DNA of 64,000 nt. Source: Bacteriovoracaceae bacterium. GTDB lineage: Bacteria; Bdellovibrionota; Bacteriovoracia; Bacteriovoracales; Bacteriovoracaceae. Each line of letters opens with the position of its first letter. The first letter of the stretch is position 1. A program made the position numbers and the translations under genes. Positions 28,790 to 39,076 of this stretch are shown here, piece after piece. Under the pieces are notes generated by a model. It saw only the letters and a list, made by a program, of their open reading frames with translations. It was not told where the DNA came from and ran no database searches. The stretch covers positions 1,344,001 to 1,408,000 of the forward strand of contig JBLWTJ010000001.1 in assembly GCA_048270185.1 (NCBI GenBank). Direction: 5' to 3'.

Positions 28790-29592
28790 TGAAGTCCTTA
28801 ATTTGCTTACTCCTTCTTATTGGTTTTAATTACACATACGCCCAGGGAAAAGAAAAAGAGATTGCCGACTTCATGGAAGAAGTTAATGAGATGATCAATG
28901 ATATCGAAGTAAAAGACCCTGTCGAAGACCCATGTCATGAGTGTAATGTTGAAGATAACTATGTTGAAATCAACGATCCCCTACCAACGACTTATGTAAC
29001 TGGTAAAAAGTTCTTTAATGAAAGATGTGAAAAGTTCATTACAAAGACAGGTCAAGAAGGAGAATGGGGAAAGAAGATAACGAAGTATATTGATGAAACT
29101 CCAGGGGCCAAAGAAATTTATCTCTATGATGAAATTGTTGGTATGACGGCCAAGCCATATACATGCCCTAATTGGTACAAGCTTAATGATGATCAACGAA
29201 AGAGATTTTGGATTTGGATGTTTGCTTCTATTGCCCAAGTCGAATCATCATGCGATACCGATGTTGTTAATCTAGGTCCAGTTCCAGATCCGACGGATCG
29301 ACCAACAGGACTCTTTCAACTTAATCAAAATTATACTGGTCGATATTGGCGTGGAGAAAACTGTAAGTTTAACACAGGCTACATTGAAACGATTGATGTG
29401 GACAACCAAATTAATTGCTCAATGGATATTATGATGGAAGTTATAAAGGGCAAGAAAGGAATGTACAAAGGTAATGGACGAATCTTTCCAACAAACTCTT
29501 ATTGGGAAAAATTGAGACCAGGTCATAGTTCAACAGGAGGCCCAATTGGAGAGCTTGTTAGACAATACCCTCCTTGTAATGCCACACCTTAA
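28789..29592 (+). CDS. Secreted lytic transglycosylase/lysozyme-like protein (paralog of 25710-26603)
   Basis: CPNWYKL....RKRFW...IAQVESSC, GLFQL, NQINCS, YWEKLR. Confidence 0.7.
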   Translation: MKSLICLLLLIGFNYTYAQGKEKEIADFMEEVNEMINDIEVKDPVEDPCHECNVEDNYVEINDPLPTTYVTGKKFFNERCEKFITKTGQEGEWGKKITKYIDETPGAKEIYLYDEIVGMTAKPYTCPNWYKLNDDQRKRFWIWMFASIAQVESSCDTDVVNLGPVPDPTDRPTGLFQLNQNYTGRYWRGENCKFNTGYIETIDVDNQINCSMDIMMEVIKGKKGMYKGNGRIFPTNSYWEKLRPGHSSTGGPIGELVRQYPPCNATP

Positions 29593-29599
29593 TCTTAAA

Positions 29600-30343
29600 T
29601 TAATCAGCTAAAATTTTCGCAATAAAGGCAGTCTTACCATCTGACTGCCTAATTCCCTTATAAACAATATCATATCCTACTTCAGCTGCTTCGATCCTTG
29701 CTCGCTGTACTTCAATCTCATCACCGAGGTGAGTTTCGGCAAGAAAGTTAATTTCAAATTCTTTAAGGTTTGCTGTTTTATGTAGTTGAATTGGAATCGA
29801 ATCTAAAATCCACTGCGAATACTTTGTATTATTAACGTGCATATTTAAATCGAGATCACTATTACGTACTGTAATCGTATTAATTGTCTCAAAGTTATCT
29901 CGAGACTCGACCTTATGAGCTATATAATCAAGATGATAGTCAGTTCGAGCATTAATTCTCTCTTTTGCAAACTCTGGCTTTTTCACTTTTCTAGTAACGC
30001 CATCAAGTATCATCCAAACCGTCGAACAATCCCCTATCTTCTCACCATTGTGAAAAATTTCAAAGTCGCGAAAAGCATACATACCTTCAGGGTTTCGCGA
30101 CCAAGTTTGTATCTCAATCTCTTCATTCCAACCAGGAAAACGATCCATGCGAAGCTTCTGTCTTACCAAAACCCAAAAGGACTGTTCCGCAATCATCTGC
30201 TCAAGGCCAAAACCTGCCTCCTGAGCGTGAAGGGTTGCGATATCCTGTAGATAACCTAATAATCCATAGAGACCTAATCTGTGGTTAATATTCACATTAG
30301 AAATGCTGATTTTATATTTCTTCTTAAAAATAGGATCTTTCAT
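29600..30343 (-). CDS. Acyl-ACP thioesterase (FatA-like double hotdog)
   Basis: LQDIATLH, WVLVR, SDLDLNMHVNNTKY. Confidence 0.88.
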   Translation of the reverse strand: MKDPIFKKKYKISISNVNINHRLGLYGLLGYLQDIATLHAQEAGFGLEQMIAEQSFWVLVRQKLRMDRFPGWNEEIEIQTWSRNPEGMYAFRDFEIFHNGEKIGDCSTVWMILDGVTRKVKKPEFAKERINARTDYHLDYIAHKVESRDNFETINTITVRNSDLDLNMHVNNTKYSQWILDSIPIQLHKTANLKEFEINFLAETHLGDEIEVQRARIEAAEVGYDIVYKGIRQSDGKTAFIAKILAD

Positions 30344-30437
30344 ACGTAATATTTAAGCAAAATTGCACTCGTTTTGGCCAGTGTCTAAATGTTGAACACT
30401 ATCTATGGCATTTTTGCATGGTTCCTAGCCTTTTTTT

Positions 30438-30453
30438 TGGCATATCAGTTGCA
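30438..30453 (+). promoter_or_regulatory. Sigma54 -24/-12 promoter
   Basis: TGGCAT-ATCAG-TTGCA (GG-N10-GC), 34 nt upstream of ATG 30487. Confidence 0.7.
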
Positions 30454-30486
30454 ACTAAGAATATGTACAAATTCTTGGGAGGAATT

Positions 30487-31905
30487 ATGAAAGCTTGTTA
30501 CAAAAAGCTATTTGTTATGAGTGCACTATTTTTAGCGAGTGGCTATGTTCACAATGAACTTAAAATGCCAACGAGTCACAATCTAGGACACTTTCGTGAA
30601 ATAGCGACGGAGGTTACACCTGCGAAAACGTCACAGAGTATTTCAGTAACGACTTACCAAACACATCAAAAAGGTATTTTCGACTTATGGTTTGATTCGG
30701 CCAAATTATTTGGAAAAGTAGTCAATGTCACAAAAGTTGAAATTTCAAATACAGATAAAAATCTAATTAATGATTATAAAGAGCTCACAAAACGCTTTAG
30801 TGATCTTCAAAAGAAATCTGATACGCTAACAGATGAGCTTGTTAAAAGCAGCGAAGAAATTTCTAAACTAAAAGAACAACTAGCTGATATGAAAGAGCCT
30901 CAATCAGATGATGTTGACGATAATATTCGTCAAGAAAAAATTGCAGCTCTTGAAGAACTTATTGCTCAAAGAACTGCAGAACTTGAAACAGCAAAAGAAG
31001 CTATTTCAAAGTTTGAAGAAACAAAAGAGAACCTTAAGGCCATTAGTGAAAAACTTGCTGGACTTGAGGAAGAGAATGAAAGTTTAAAACTTGAGAATGA
31101 AAAACTTGTCTGTGAGTTAAAGAATGCACAATCAAAAGTTGAGACAGAAGAAATAAAGCGTCTTCAAGATGAGCTTGCAAAAATAACAGCTGAACTTGAT
31201 GAGTATAAGAACTCTCAAGACGATGATAAAGATTCAGATAAAGTAGCTGATAATGTCGAAGATGATAAAGACAAAAGCGAAGACGATGATAAGAAAGATG
31301 ACAAGGATGACAAGGATACTAAAGTCGTAAGATCAAAAGATGACAAGAAAGACAAAGATGATAAAGATGAAAATGATGAAGTAACCCAAGCTGCCCTCGC
31401 ACTTGTTGAATATATCAACACAATGAAGGAGCAAATGGCAGCTCAACGCCAACAGCAAGAATTAATGATGATTAAGCAATTAATTAATCCAATGGCACAA
31501 GCTTACACACAGCCACAAATTAATTCTTACTTTGGGACAACAGATGCATTCAACTTAAGAAATCAAACATATCTTGATATGTTAATGGAGTTAAATCAGC
31601 AATCGAATGTTATTGGAAGCCTTAATCAACAGAATAACTGGAATTATGGTTACAAGGACTACTACGGCGCAAATGCACAAAACTACCGCATTAGTGAAGT
31701 AATGCCTTGGGGAACTCACCTCAATGCTGACCAAGCAATGCAAACACAAAACTATGATTACAGCCGTTACGGCTATAGCTGGGGCTCACAAATCCCTACT
31801 CAGAACTTTAATATGGGATTAAATACTGCTAGTACTTCCCCTATTATGGGCAACTATCAAGCATCGCAAAATATAACAAATACAGGTGACTTCAGACTTT
31901 TCTAA
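30487..31905 (+). CDS. Exported coiled-coil protein with D/K-rich linker and Q/N/Y-rich tail
   Basis: GGAGG SD; N-terminal signal/anchor, REIA motif, heptad region, DDKKDDKDDK tract. Confidence 0.75.
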   Translation: MKACYKKLFVMSALFLASGYVHNELKMPTSHNLGHFREIATEVTPAKTSQSISVTTYQTHQKGIFDLWFDSAKLFGKVVNVTKVEISNTDKNLINDYKELTKRFSDLQKKSDTLTDELVKSSEEISKLKEQLADMKEPQSDDVDDNIRQEKIAALEELIAQRTAELETAKEAISKFEETKENLKAISEKLAGLEEENESLKLENEKLVCELKNAQSKVETEEIKRLQDELAKITAELDEYKNSQDDDKDSDKVADNVEDDKDKSEDDDKKDDKDDKDTKVVRSKDDKKDKDDKDENDEVTQAALALVEYINTMKEQMAAQRQQQELMMIKQLINPMAQAYTQPQINSYFGTTDAFNLRNQTYLDMLMELNQQSNVIGSLNQQNNWNYGYKDYYGANAQNYRISEVMPWGTHLNADQAMQTQNYDYSRYGYSWGSQIPTQNFNMGLNTASTSPIMGNYQASQNITNTGDFRLF

Positions 31906-31933
31906 TCCTCCCCCCCTAAGAAAGTTTGTACGC

Positions 31934-31961
31934 AAAGGCCGACTCCCCCAGTCGGCCTTTT
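31934..31961 (+). terminator. Intrinsic terminator
   Basis: AAAGGCCGACT-CCCCC-AGTCGGCCTTTT. Confidence 0.85.
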
Positions 31962-32056
31962 CACTTTTCTGGTATATTTTGCCCTTTTTAACTAAACTAA
32001 TTCATTTATTATTCGATGAGGTGGATAACACTTTTAAAGGAAGAAGGGTTATTTCC

Positions 32057-32308
32057 ATGAAAACAGTAAATGAAAGATTAAATGCAAATAGTACAAAGAG
32101 AATTATCAAGAAGTGCCATGTTTGTGGCCATATGCACGATACAGCAACTGAAGTTCAAAAATGTTCTAATTGTAAAAAATCATTCTTACCAACAAAATAC
32201 TTTGATAAAGTTCATGCGAAAAATTCGGAAGACTTTAAGTTACTCTTCTCTAACGTATCCGAATTACATGAAGAAGATATGATTAAGGGCATAACTGTTA
32301 TCTGGTAG
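32057..32308 (+). CDS. Small zinc-ribbon protein
   Basis: CHVC...CSNC; GAAGGG before ATG at 32057. Confidence 0.7.
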   Translation: MKTVNERLNANSTKRIIKKCHVCGHMHDTATEVQKCSNCKKSFLPTKYFDKVHAKNSEDFKLLFSNVSELHEEDMIKGITVIW

Positions 32309-32376
32309 CCTCCTGTCGTCTTTAAGAGTAAGACAATATATATTTTCGATCCTATGTTAGCGTGATAACGTTAACT

Positions 32377-34110
32377 ATGGAGAACACACAAACTCAGACA
32401 CACAATCAAACACATAGCATCAATCTACACCCAGCAGTTCAAAGACTCTTCCAAAAGAGAGAAATGGGCCTTGAAGAAATTCAAGAGTTTCTTTCCTGGG
32501 ATCTTAAAAGCTTGCCTAATTTTGCAAGCCTTATTGATATAGACGTAGCCGCAAATGAAATTATTAAGTCCATTGATAATGGAGAAAAAATTGCTATTTA
32601 TGGTGACTATGATGTGGATGGAACAACTTCTTGTGCACTCTTTTATCAATTCTTTCAAAAATTAAATATTGAAGTGGACCTTATTCAACCATCACGTTTC
32701 ATAGAAGGTTATGGCCTTCATAACTGCTCTATTGATCGTGCAGTAGAAGAAGGTATTGATCTTATGATCACAGTTGACTGTGGAATCTCAAATGTAGAGG
32801 CAGCAGCTTATGCAAAAGAGAAAGGCCTAAAGCTTATTATCACAGACCACCACAAAGATGGCCGTGAAGTGATGCCTGATGCTGTTGCCGTTGTTAATCC
32901 CTCAAGAAGAGATGAGCCAGCCGATTCAGATATAAAACCTCTTGCAGGAGTTGGCGTTGCATTTGCGATTTGTGTTGAAGTCAGAAAATACTTACTAGCG
33001 CGTGGCCAAGAAGTTGAATCAATTTACGATCTTCTTCAATATGTTGCTATCGGGACAATTTGTGACCTCGCTCCACTTACGCCAATGAATTTAAAATTAG
33101 TTCGCCATGGAATGAAGCTAATTAAGAATACTGAGTTTGAAGGAATCAAGGCTTTCTTTGATCCAACAGATCGTTCAAAAGATATTATCCCAAGCGAAAA
33201 ACTTTCATTTAATGTCGGGCCTCTAATTAACTCAAAAGGTCGCCTTGATCACCCTGAAATAGCTTTAAAGTTACTCATCTCAAAAGATTACAATGAGGCC
33301 AGAGAATATTATCAACAATTAGTGAATTGTAATAATGAGAGAAAGTTTATTCAAAAAGAAGTTTTTGAAGAAGCAAAAGAGCAAGTCATTGAAGAAATGA
33401 AAAGAAATGGTGAGCTTGATATTGCTATCGTTTACGCTCCACACTTTCATGAAGGCGTTATTGGAATTGTCGCTTCAAAGTTAGTTGAGACTTTTAAAGT
33501 TCCTGCCATCGTCTTTAGTGATGCTGAAGAAGAGGGAGTGATCAAAGCATCAGCACGCTCTGCTGGTGATCTTGATATCTACCATCTCTTAAATGAACAT
33601 CGTGATTTCTTCTTAAAGTTTGGAGGTCATAAGGCAGCTGCTGGACTTTCGATGAAGCAAGAAAATTTCGAAGTATTTAAACAGTCTATGAATGAGAAGC
33701 TTAAGGCCATTCCTCTTATTCAAAGAACAGTGCAAGACTTCTATGACTTAGAAATCACACCTGAAGAAATTGATCCGGCCTTACTTCGAGGACTTGATGC
33801 TCTTGAGCCTTTTGGTATGGGAAATCAAAAACCAATCTTTAAATTGAAAGGTGCAAAGCTTAAAAGTTTTGATCTTTTAAAAGATGTCCACGTTAGATGG
33901 AACTTCACTTCAATTAATAATCAAAAGATTAGTCTAAAAGGGATTAGCTTTAATTATATGAATAAGTGGGGAGCTCTAACTCCGAATGAAATCTATGAGC
34001 AACAAAATGATCCAAGTGTTGAACTTGATGTGTACTTCACACTTGCTCTAAATTATTTCAATGGTAATAAGTATATTCAGCTGATGGTTGAAAGAGTGGA
34101 CCTTAACTAA
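32377..34110 (+). CDS. recJ: Single-stranded-DNA exonuclease RecJ
   Basis: GDYDVDG, TVDCG, TDHH, GRL, GGHKAAAG, LEPFGMGN. Confidence 0.96.
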   Translation: MENTQTQTHNQTHSINLHPAVQRLFQKREMGLEEIQEFLSWDLKSLPNFASLIDIDVAANEIIKSIDNGEKIAIYGDYDVDGTTSCALFYQFFQKLNIEVDLIQPSRFIEGYGLHNCSIDRAVEEGIDLMITVDCGISNVEAAAYAKEKGLKLIITDHHKDGREVMPDAVAVVNPSRRDEPADSDIKPLAGVGVAFAICVEVRKYLLARGQEVESIYDLLQYVAIGTICDLAPLTPMNLKLVRHGMKLIKNTEFEGIKAFFDPTDRSKDIIPSEKLSFNVGPLINSKGRLDHPEIALKLLISKDYNEAREYYQQLVNCNNERKFIQKEVFEEAKEQVIEEMKRNGELDIAIVYAPHFHEGVIGIVASKLVETFKVPAIVFSDAEEEGVIKASARSAGDLDIYHLLNEHRDFFLKFGGHKAAAGLSMKQENFEVFKQSMNEKLKAIPLIQRTVQDFYDLEITPEEIDPALLRGLDALEPFGMGNQKPIFKLKGAKLKSFDLLKDVHVRWNFTSINNQKISLKGISFNYMNKWGALTPNEIYEQQNDPSVELDVYFTLALNYFNGNKYIQLMVERVDLN

Positions 34111-34142
34111 GGTCCACTTTAGATTGTTTATTATCTTTCGAT

Positions 34143-34679
34143 TTATCTTTCAATAGTAACTTTTTCCATCACGATATCGTGCATTGGGCGATCGTGCATT
34201 CCAGTGCGAACTTCACCGATCTTTTCAACTGTCTCCATTCCTTCAATTACTTTACCAAAAACAGTGTGACGTCCATCTAAGTGTGGAGTCGGCCCTAGTG
34301 TAATAAAGAATTGAGAACCGTTTGTTCCTGGACCAGCATTTGCCATTGAAAGTATTCCAGCACTTTCGTGGCGTAGCTCTGGACGACACTCATCTTCAAA
34401 CTTATAACCTGGTCCACCCATTCCAGAACCTTCAGGGCATCCACCCTGGATAACAAATCCAGCGATAACACGGTGGAAGATTAGCCCATCATAGTAAGGT
34501 CCCTCTTTTGCTGAAGTCTTCTGTCTTCCTTCTGCAAGGTTTACAAAATTCCATACAGTTTCAGGGCATTCCTTTGCATATAGTTCAACTTTAAAGTTAC
34601 CCATATTTGTTTCAAAGTTTGCGTATACACGATCTAATTCTTCTTTGTGTGAATCTTTCTTTGTTCCTAATCCGAACAT
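34143..34679 (-). CDS. Cyclophilin-type peptidyl-prolyl isomerase
   Basis: [37 protein letters not shown]. Confidence 0.95.
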   Translation of the reverse strand: MFGLGTKKDSHKEELDRVYANFETNMGNFKVELYAKECPETVWNFVNLAEGRQKTSAKEGPYYDGLIFHRVIAGFVIQGGCPEGSGMGGPGYKFEDECRPELRHESAGILSMANAGPGTNGSQFFITLGPTPHLDGRHTVFGKVIEGMETVEKIGEVRTGMHDRPMHDIVMEKVTIER

Positions 34680-34688
34680 CTTTACTCC

Positions 34689-35432
34689 TTAATATTTTTT
34701 TAGTTGGTATTTTCCCTTAATAAATTCAGGTCTAATTGTGTGAGTGAAAACTTTTAAACTCTTAACACTCGATTGTAGGAAATCTTTTAAATAGAATGTT
34801 TCTTTTGAAGTTAAAGTTCCTTCAAGATTGTAATAAGTTAGGTACTGATAATCCACGAAGAAAGAACCTTCATAAACGACTCCCGCCTCTTTCATCTTAT
34901 CGATCATTTGAACCTTTGTTAAACAAGTTGAAAGAAAGACTGGTCTTCCTTGTAGCATTGCTTTTGTATTCATAAGTTTTTGAAGACGTGGAAGATTATT
35001 TAAGTAGCTATCAAGCCATATAATATTAACATTCTTATACTTTGGCTTTTTTAAATATCCACCGGTTGCTATAACATAATCATTTGCACTGAAGAATATT
35101 TGTTCGATTTCTTTAAGCGTTGGGCTTCTTTGCATATTCTGAGAGCGTTCGGCGTACATTCGATTAAAGGCCAGCTGAATTTGAGAAGCCATTTCATGAT
35201 CGATAGAAAAGCTGTTCATAAGATTTGCTATATTCAAATAGCGCATTTCACCCACACGCTTACACTCTCCAGCGCTTGAATAATTTCTCCACTCGGGAAT
35301 AATTGGCAACATATAAACGGCAGCACCAGAGTCGCGATAATATTCATCAGTCTGAACTCTTTGATACTCGCGATCTGTCACTGTTGTACAAGATATAGCG
35401 ACGAATAATGTTAATAATATATATAGTCTCAA
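34689..35432 (-). CDS. Hypothetical lipoprotein
   Basis: Lipobox VAISC; TTG start. Confidence 0.7.
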   Translation of the reverse strand: MRLYILLTLFVAISCTTVTDREYQRVQTDEYYRDSGAAVYMLPIIPEWRNYSSAGECKRVGEMRYLNIANLMNSFSIDHEMASQIQLAFNRMYAERSQNMQRSPTLKEIEQIFFSANDYVIATGGYLKKPKYKNVNIIWLDSYLNNLPRLQKLMNTKAMLQGRPVFLSTCLTKVQMIDKMKEAGVVYEGSFFVDYQYLTYYNLEGTLTSKETFYLKDFLQSSVKSLKVFTHTIRPEFIKGKYQLKKY

Positions 35433-35448
35433 GTATTAACCTTCTTAA

Positions 35449-36522
35449 TTACTGCTTAGAAAAATATTTTAACATATCTTTCTCGATTTCATCTAATGTC
35501 ATCGAATTTAGTGAATAAAGGCCTTCTTCATCACTTCTTAAGCCTTTTAACTTCTCTGTCGCAAGCTCTAATCCCTGATCAACGCAAATGCGATCACATG
35601 AAAGAGTCTTTAATTGCTCACCACCACCAAGAAGATCACTTCCTTCAATAGTGACAAATAAGCCTTTACGGTCGAGTAGTTTATCAACAGATGAAACGAT
35701 TGCACTATTATAAATCATAAGCCTTGTAACTGGTTGTGGAGGCTGAGGAGTCTTGGCTTTAATATGTGGCTCAAGAGCACGCCAATCTCTGATGGCCCCT
35801 TCAAATTGAGCGATCTCTGCTTCAAATTGCTTGCGGTCTTCGGCCAGAAGACTTTGAAAGTTGGCGACTTCCTCTTTTAAGTTTGAAATATCAATATTTG
35901 AAAATGGAATCTCTTCACTTGTCACAATTTGAATAGTCTTTCTCAAGTCACTGAGAAAGCTTTCTTTAACTTTACCAAGAAGTTTTAGATTCTCTTCTCC
36001 CGTCCCGACGAGACACAAATTACGAGTTTCTAAAATAGCATCAAGTTGTTGATCATGACCTTTGTGATAAGAAATACGATCATCACTTGCTAGTGCAAGT
36101 TCATTAAGAGCATAAACTCTTGCTGCACCCATAGGGGCCGGCTTTGTTAATTCTGTTGAATAGCAGACAAAATCGAAATCCTCAAAAGACTCAATTGAGT
36201 TCTTAAGTGAGTCCAAAACATCTTTACCAAGTTTTTCAAAGATTTCAGGGTTATCTAATTTCTGTCTTTCTATTTCCGAAGTTGCATTGACTTTATAGAC
36301 CACGCGAAAAGTGTCGGCCATGCGAGAGCGATTTTTAAGATCTATTTCCGGAGCGAGAAATCTCTTATGAACACGAACAACTTCAACGTCTTTGAAATTG
36401 ATTCCTTCAAGACTTGATTCTTGGTTCATTTGACCAATTAACTTAACGTGGACACCGAGATCTTCAAAATGACGATAAGCCGCAATTGCGGCTTCATCAC
36501 TACCTAAAATAGCTATTTTCAT
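35449..36522 (-). CDS. Hypothetical protein with degenerate FAD/NAD Rossmann-like segments
   Basis: KIAILGSDEAAIAA and LCLVGTG resemble decayed GxGxxG motifs. Confidence 0.55.
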   Translation of the reverse strand: MKIAILGSDEAAIAAYRHFEDLGVHVKLIGQMNQESSLEGINFKDVEVVRVHKRFLAPEIDLKNRSRMADTFRVVYKVNATSEIERQKLDNPEIFEKLGKDVLDSLKNSIESFEDFDFVCYSTELTKPAPMGAARVYALNELALASDDRISYHKGHDQQLDAILETRNLCLVGTGEENLKLLGKVKESFLSDLRKTIQIVTSEEIPFSNIDISNLKEEVANFQSLLAEDRKQFEAEIAQFEGAIRDWRALEPHIKAKTPQPPQPVTRLMIYNSAIVSSVDKLLDRKGLFVTIEGSDLLGGGEQLKTLSCDRICVDQGLELATEKLKGLRSDEEGLYSLNSMTLDEIEKDMLKYFSKQ

Positions 36523-36558
36523 GGCCCGATATTATAAGTTTCAGGCCCTAATTGCAAT

Positions 36559-37020
36559 TTAAATGAAGAGTGACTTCATCTCGCCATTATCAACAACAGA
36601 GTACTCAGAGAAGGCGTAAATAAAGTTAATGAATTGCTCCATGGCCTTAAATGAATTCATTGATTTATCGAACTCACAACCATATTGCATATAAGTGATT
36701 CCATCAGCTCCCTGTGTCTTAGCACAGTGGCGAATATTTACGATTACAGGAATATAAGAACCTTTAGTAAAGTAGAACTTAAGCTTCAACTCACTACCTA
36801 ATTTCAGCTTGTTATCTGATTTTTCACTCCATGGAACATTGAATGAAAGTCCATCTTTAGAAATATCAACCATATTGATGGCATAAGAGTATCCGTCCGA
36901 CTCAATAACCGAATAAGCTCCCATAAAGTTATTAAAGCAAATACGCTCAAAGCTACGACGCTTCTTCTCGATATTTTCTTCTCTCTTTGCTTGGAAGTTG
37001 ATTACTTTATTATCTGACAT
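36559..37020 (-). CDS. PilZ-domain protein
   Basis: RxxxR (RSFER) and DxSxxG (DISKDG), YGCEF. Confidence 0.8.
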   Translation of the reverse strand: MSDNKVINFQAKREENIEKKRRSFERICFNNFMGAYSVIESDGYSYAINMVDISKDGLSFNVPWSEKSDNKLKLGSELKLKFYFTKGSYIPVIVNIRHCAKTQGADGITYMQYGCEFDKSMNSFKAMEQFINFIYAFSEYSVVDNGEMKSLFI

Positions 37021-37056
37021 TTTTACCCCTTATTACATTCTTGGTTGCTGACTAAT

Positions 37057-37084
37057 CTATCGGCTAGCTCAGGGGTAAATTTGA
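37057..37084 (-). promoter_or_regulatory. Sigma28-like promoter of the PilZ gene
   Basis: Minus strand TCAA-N16-GCCGATAG. Confidence 0.7.
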
Positions 37085-37153
37085 GGTTTTGATTGTTAAA
37101 ATTGGCCTCTAGGCAAGAAAATCCAATTATTAAAACACTTAGATTTCAATAAC

Positions 37154-38140
37154 TTAGTTGTATTTCTTCTTTTTTTGCCAAAAAGGAGTTGAAGATGTTT
37201 CAGAGTAAATTAATTGATAGCTATCAAGGCGAGAGTGAACCATGAGACCTTCTTCTGTTTCAGGGTCAAATTCTTCACTATAGAATGCACAGCCTTTATT
37301 TTCAGGTTCATGGGTACAATTGGAAAATTGGCATGAGCGGGAGATCTCTTTAAGGTCAGGAAAGTACTCAATAAGGTCATCTGGATCAATATCATCAAGA
37401 GAAAATGAACGAATACCAGGAGAATCAATTAAATAGAAATCTCCAAGATCCACAATTTCAGACCATGTCGTCGTATGGGACCCCTTCCCTATTTTTCCAA
37501 CTTGCTTTGTTTTAAGCTCAACTTCGCCATTGGAAAGGCATGAAATTGTCTGTGACTTCCCTACTCCAGATTGGCCAACAAAGAGTGCTGTCTTACCTTG
37601 TAAAGCATCCTTAAACTCTTGCATTCCACCTTTAAGGTATTGAGTTTCATAGTCCTTATCAAGAGCGCAGATTTCGAAATACTGGATACCAAGGCTCTTA
37701 AGTCTTAGAATTTCGTACTGTATATCAAATTCTTCAGGGTCGTAATTATCCATTTTATTGAAAACGATAATAGGCTCAACACCCCACTGAAAAGCTCTAA
37801 CAAGGAAACGATCAATGATTCCACGTTTAAACCTAGGGCGTGCAGCACTTGAGAGAATAACCAAGTAATCACAATTAGCGGCCGTTACTTTTCTCTTTGA
37901 TTCACGAACAAGGATTCGAAAGATTTCATTTTTGCGAGGCATGGCCTCTTTGATAATATACTCATTAGTTTCAGGGATAATCTCTAAATAAACATTATCG
38001 CCAACAACAAGTGTTTCACCCTTCTTAAGAAGATTCCCTAAAGCCGTTGCCTTAACCGTCTCCGGTGATCCTTCGATCAAACAATCAAACTCTCGTTGGT
38101 GAGAGCGGATAATTTTGGCCTTAATTGGAGTTTCTGACAT
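37154..38140 (-). CDS. rsgA: Ribosome small-subunit-dependent GTPase A
   Basis: VGD, NKMD, GQSGVGKS, GSHTTT, DSPGIR, CQFSNCTHEP...C. Confidence 0.95.
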   Translation of the reverse strand: MSETPIKAKIIRSHQREFDCLIEGSPETVKATALGNLLKKGETLVVGDNVYLEIIPETNEYIIKEAMPRKNEIFRILVRESKRKVTAANCDYLVILSSAARPRFKRGIIDRFLVRAFQWGVEPIIVFNKMDNYDPEEFDIQYEILRLKSLGIQYFEICALDKDYETQYLKGGMQEFKDALQGKTALFVGQSGVGKSQTISCLSNGEVELKTKQVGKIGKGSHTTTWSEIVDLGDFYLIDSPGIRSFSLDDIDPDDLIEYFPDLKEISRSCQFSNCTHEPENKGCAFYSEEFDPETEEGLMVHSRLDSYQLIYSETSSTPFWQKKKKYN

Positions 38141-38256
38141 AGCTTCCTAGTGTGTAATCTTTCTATAGACCTTACCATCTCTTCAACATTTTTACATCTT
38201 ATATTGACAAATCTGGCGGACACCATTATTTTAACTGAACACAAAGTCTAAGTCAC

Positions 38257-38333
38257 GCACTCGTAGCTCAGCTGGATAGAGCATCCGCCTTCTAAGCGGA
38301 CGGTCTCAGGTTCGAATCCTGACGAGTGCGCCA
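38257..38333 (+). tRNA. tRNA-Arg(TCT)
   Basis: 77-nt cloverleaf: acceptor GCACTCG/CGAGTGC, anticodon arm TCCGC-CTTCTAA-GCGGA, TTCGAAT, CCA; TTGACA at 38204 upstream. Confidence 0.97.
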
Positions 38334-38352
38334 TTTTCTACTTGGCTAATTC

Positions 38353-38994
38353 ATGAATAATCAATCATTAAAATTCACACTAATTATCGGCTCTTTCTGG
38401 ATCCTTGTGATGGGCTTTATCAACATCATCCTAAATCGTCAGATGGGATTTGATTACGATGCCGGTTGGTTGTTAATTTCCTCAGTTTATATCGTGAGTG
38501 CTTTTGGACTTAAGTACGCCTTAACTCCATCAAAAGTTAATAAGGATCTCTTTCTTTCAATTCTAAAAATCCTTGTTATCTTTTTAGTTATTACATCGGC
38601 CCTTGATTATCTCTTTCCCATTTCATTTCTTAAGAAATTAGAAATTAGAAATACAAAAATATTATTCCCACTTTTTCACTGGAATATTTCACTGACAAAG
38701 TCTGCTGATATTATTTTTCAGCAAGTTCTTATTAATATGTTAGTAGAATTCTATCTAACAAAGTACGATCGCAAGAAAAGTATAAAGTACTTTGGGATTT
38801 TCTTTGCAGTCCTACACTTACCTCTATTTTATCTTTTTGGACTACATGGACTCTACTTTATTATTCCTTCAATTGCAGGTGGATTGATCTTCGCCTACCT
38901 CATTACAAACTTTGAAAAAGGCCGTCTCCTATCTCTGAGCTGTCACTTCAGTTTCTATCTAGTCCTTGGAATATTTTTAAGATATTTTAGTTAA
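38353..38994 (+). CDS. Multi-pass membrane protein, CPBP/Abi-like
   Basis: Several TM segments; IIFQQ, FAVLH, SCHF resemble degenerate CPBP motifs. Confidence 0.6.
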   Translation: MNNQSLKFTLIIGSFWILVMGFINIILNRQMGFDYDAGWLLISSVYIVSAFGLKYALTPSKVNKDLFLSILKILVIFLVITSALDYLFPISFLKKLEIRNTKILFPLFHWNISLTKSADIIFQQVLINMLVEFYLTKYDRKKSIKYFGIFFAVLHLPLFYLFGLHGLYFIIPSIAGGLIFAYLITNFEKGRLLSLSCHFSFYLVLGIFLRYFS

Positions 38995-39041
38995 GTTTGA
39001 CACCTAAGACACTGTAATTACTTTAATCGTCTTTTGACAGT

Positions 39042-39069
39042 TCAAGTAATTTTCTTAACTTTCCGATAG
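39042..39069 (+). promoter_or_regulatory. Sigma28-like promoter
   Basis: TCAA-N16-TCCGATAG upstream of the lipoprotein at 39077. Confidence 0.55.
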
Positions 39070-39076
39070 GGATTAT

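Noticed and set aside
31215..31421. Ser/Leu-rich minus-strand ORF and GAT/AAA repeats
   Set aside because: Antisense shadow of the D/K low-complexity tract in the 30487 gene.
31886..32056. N-terminal extension of the zinc-ribbon ORF
   Set aside because: Runs through the upstream stop codon and terminator; ATG 32057 has an SD.
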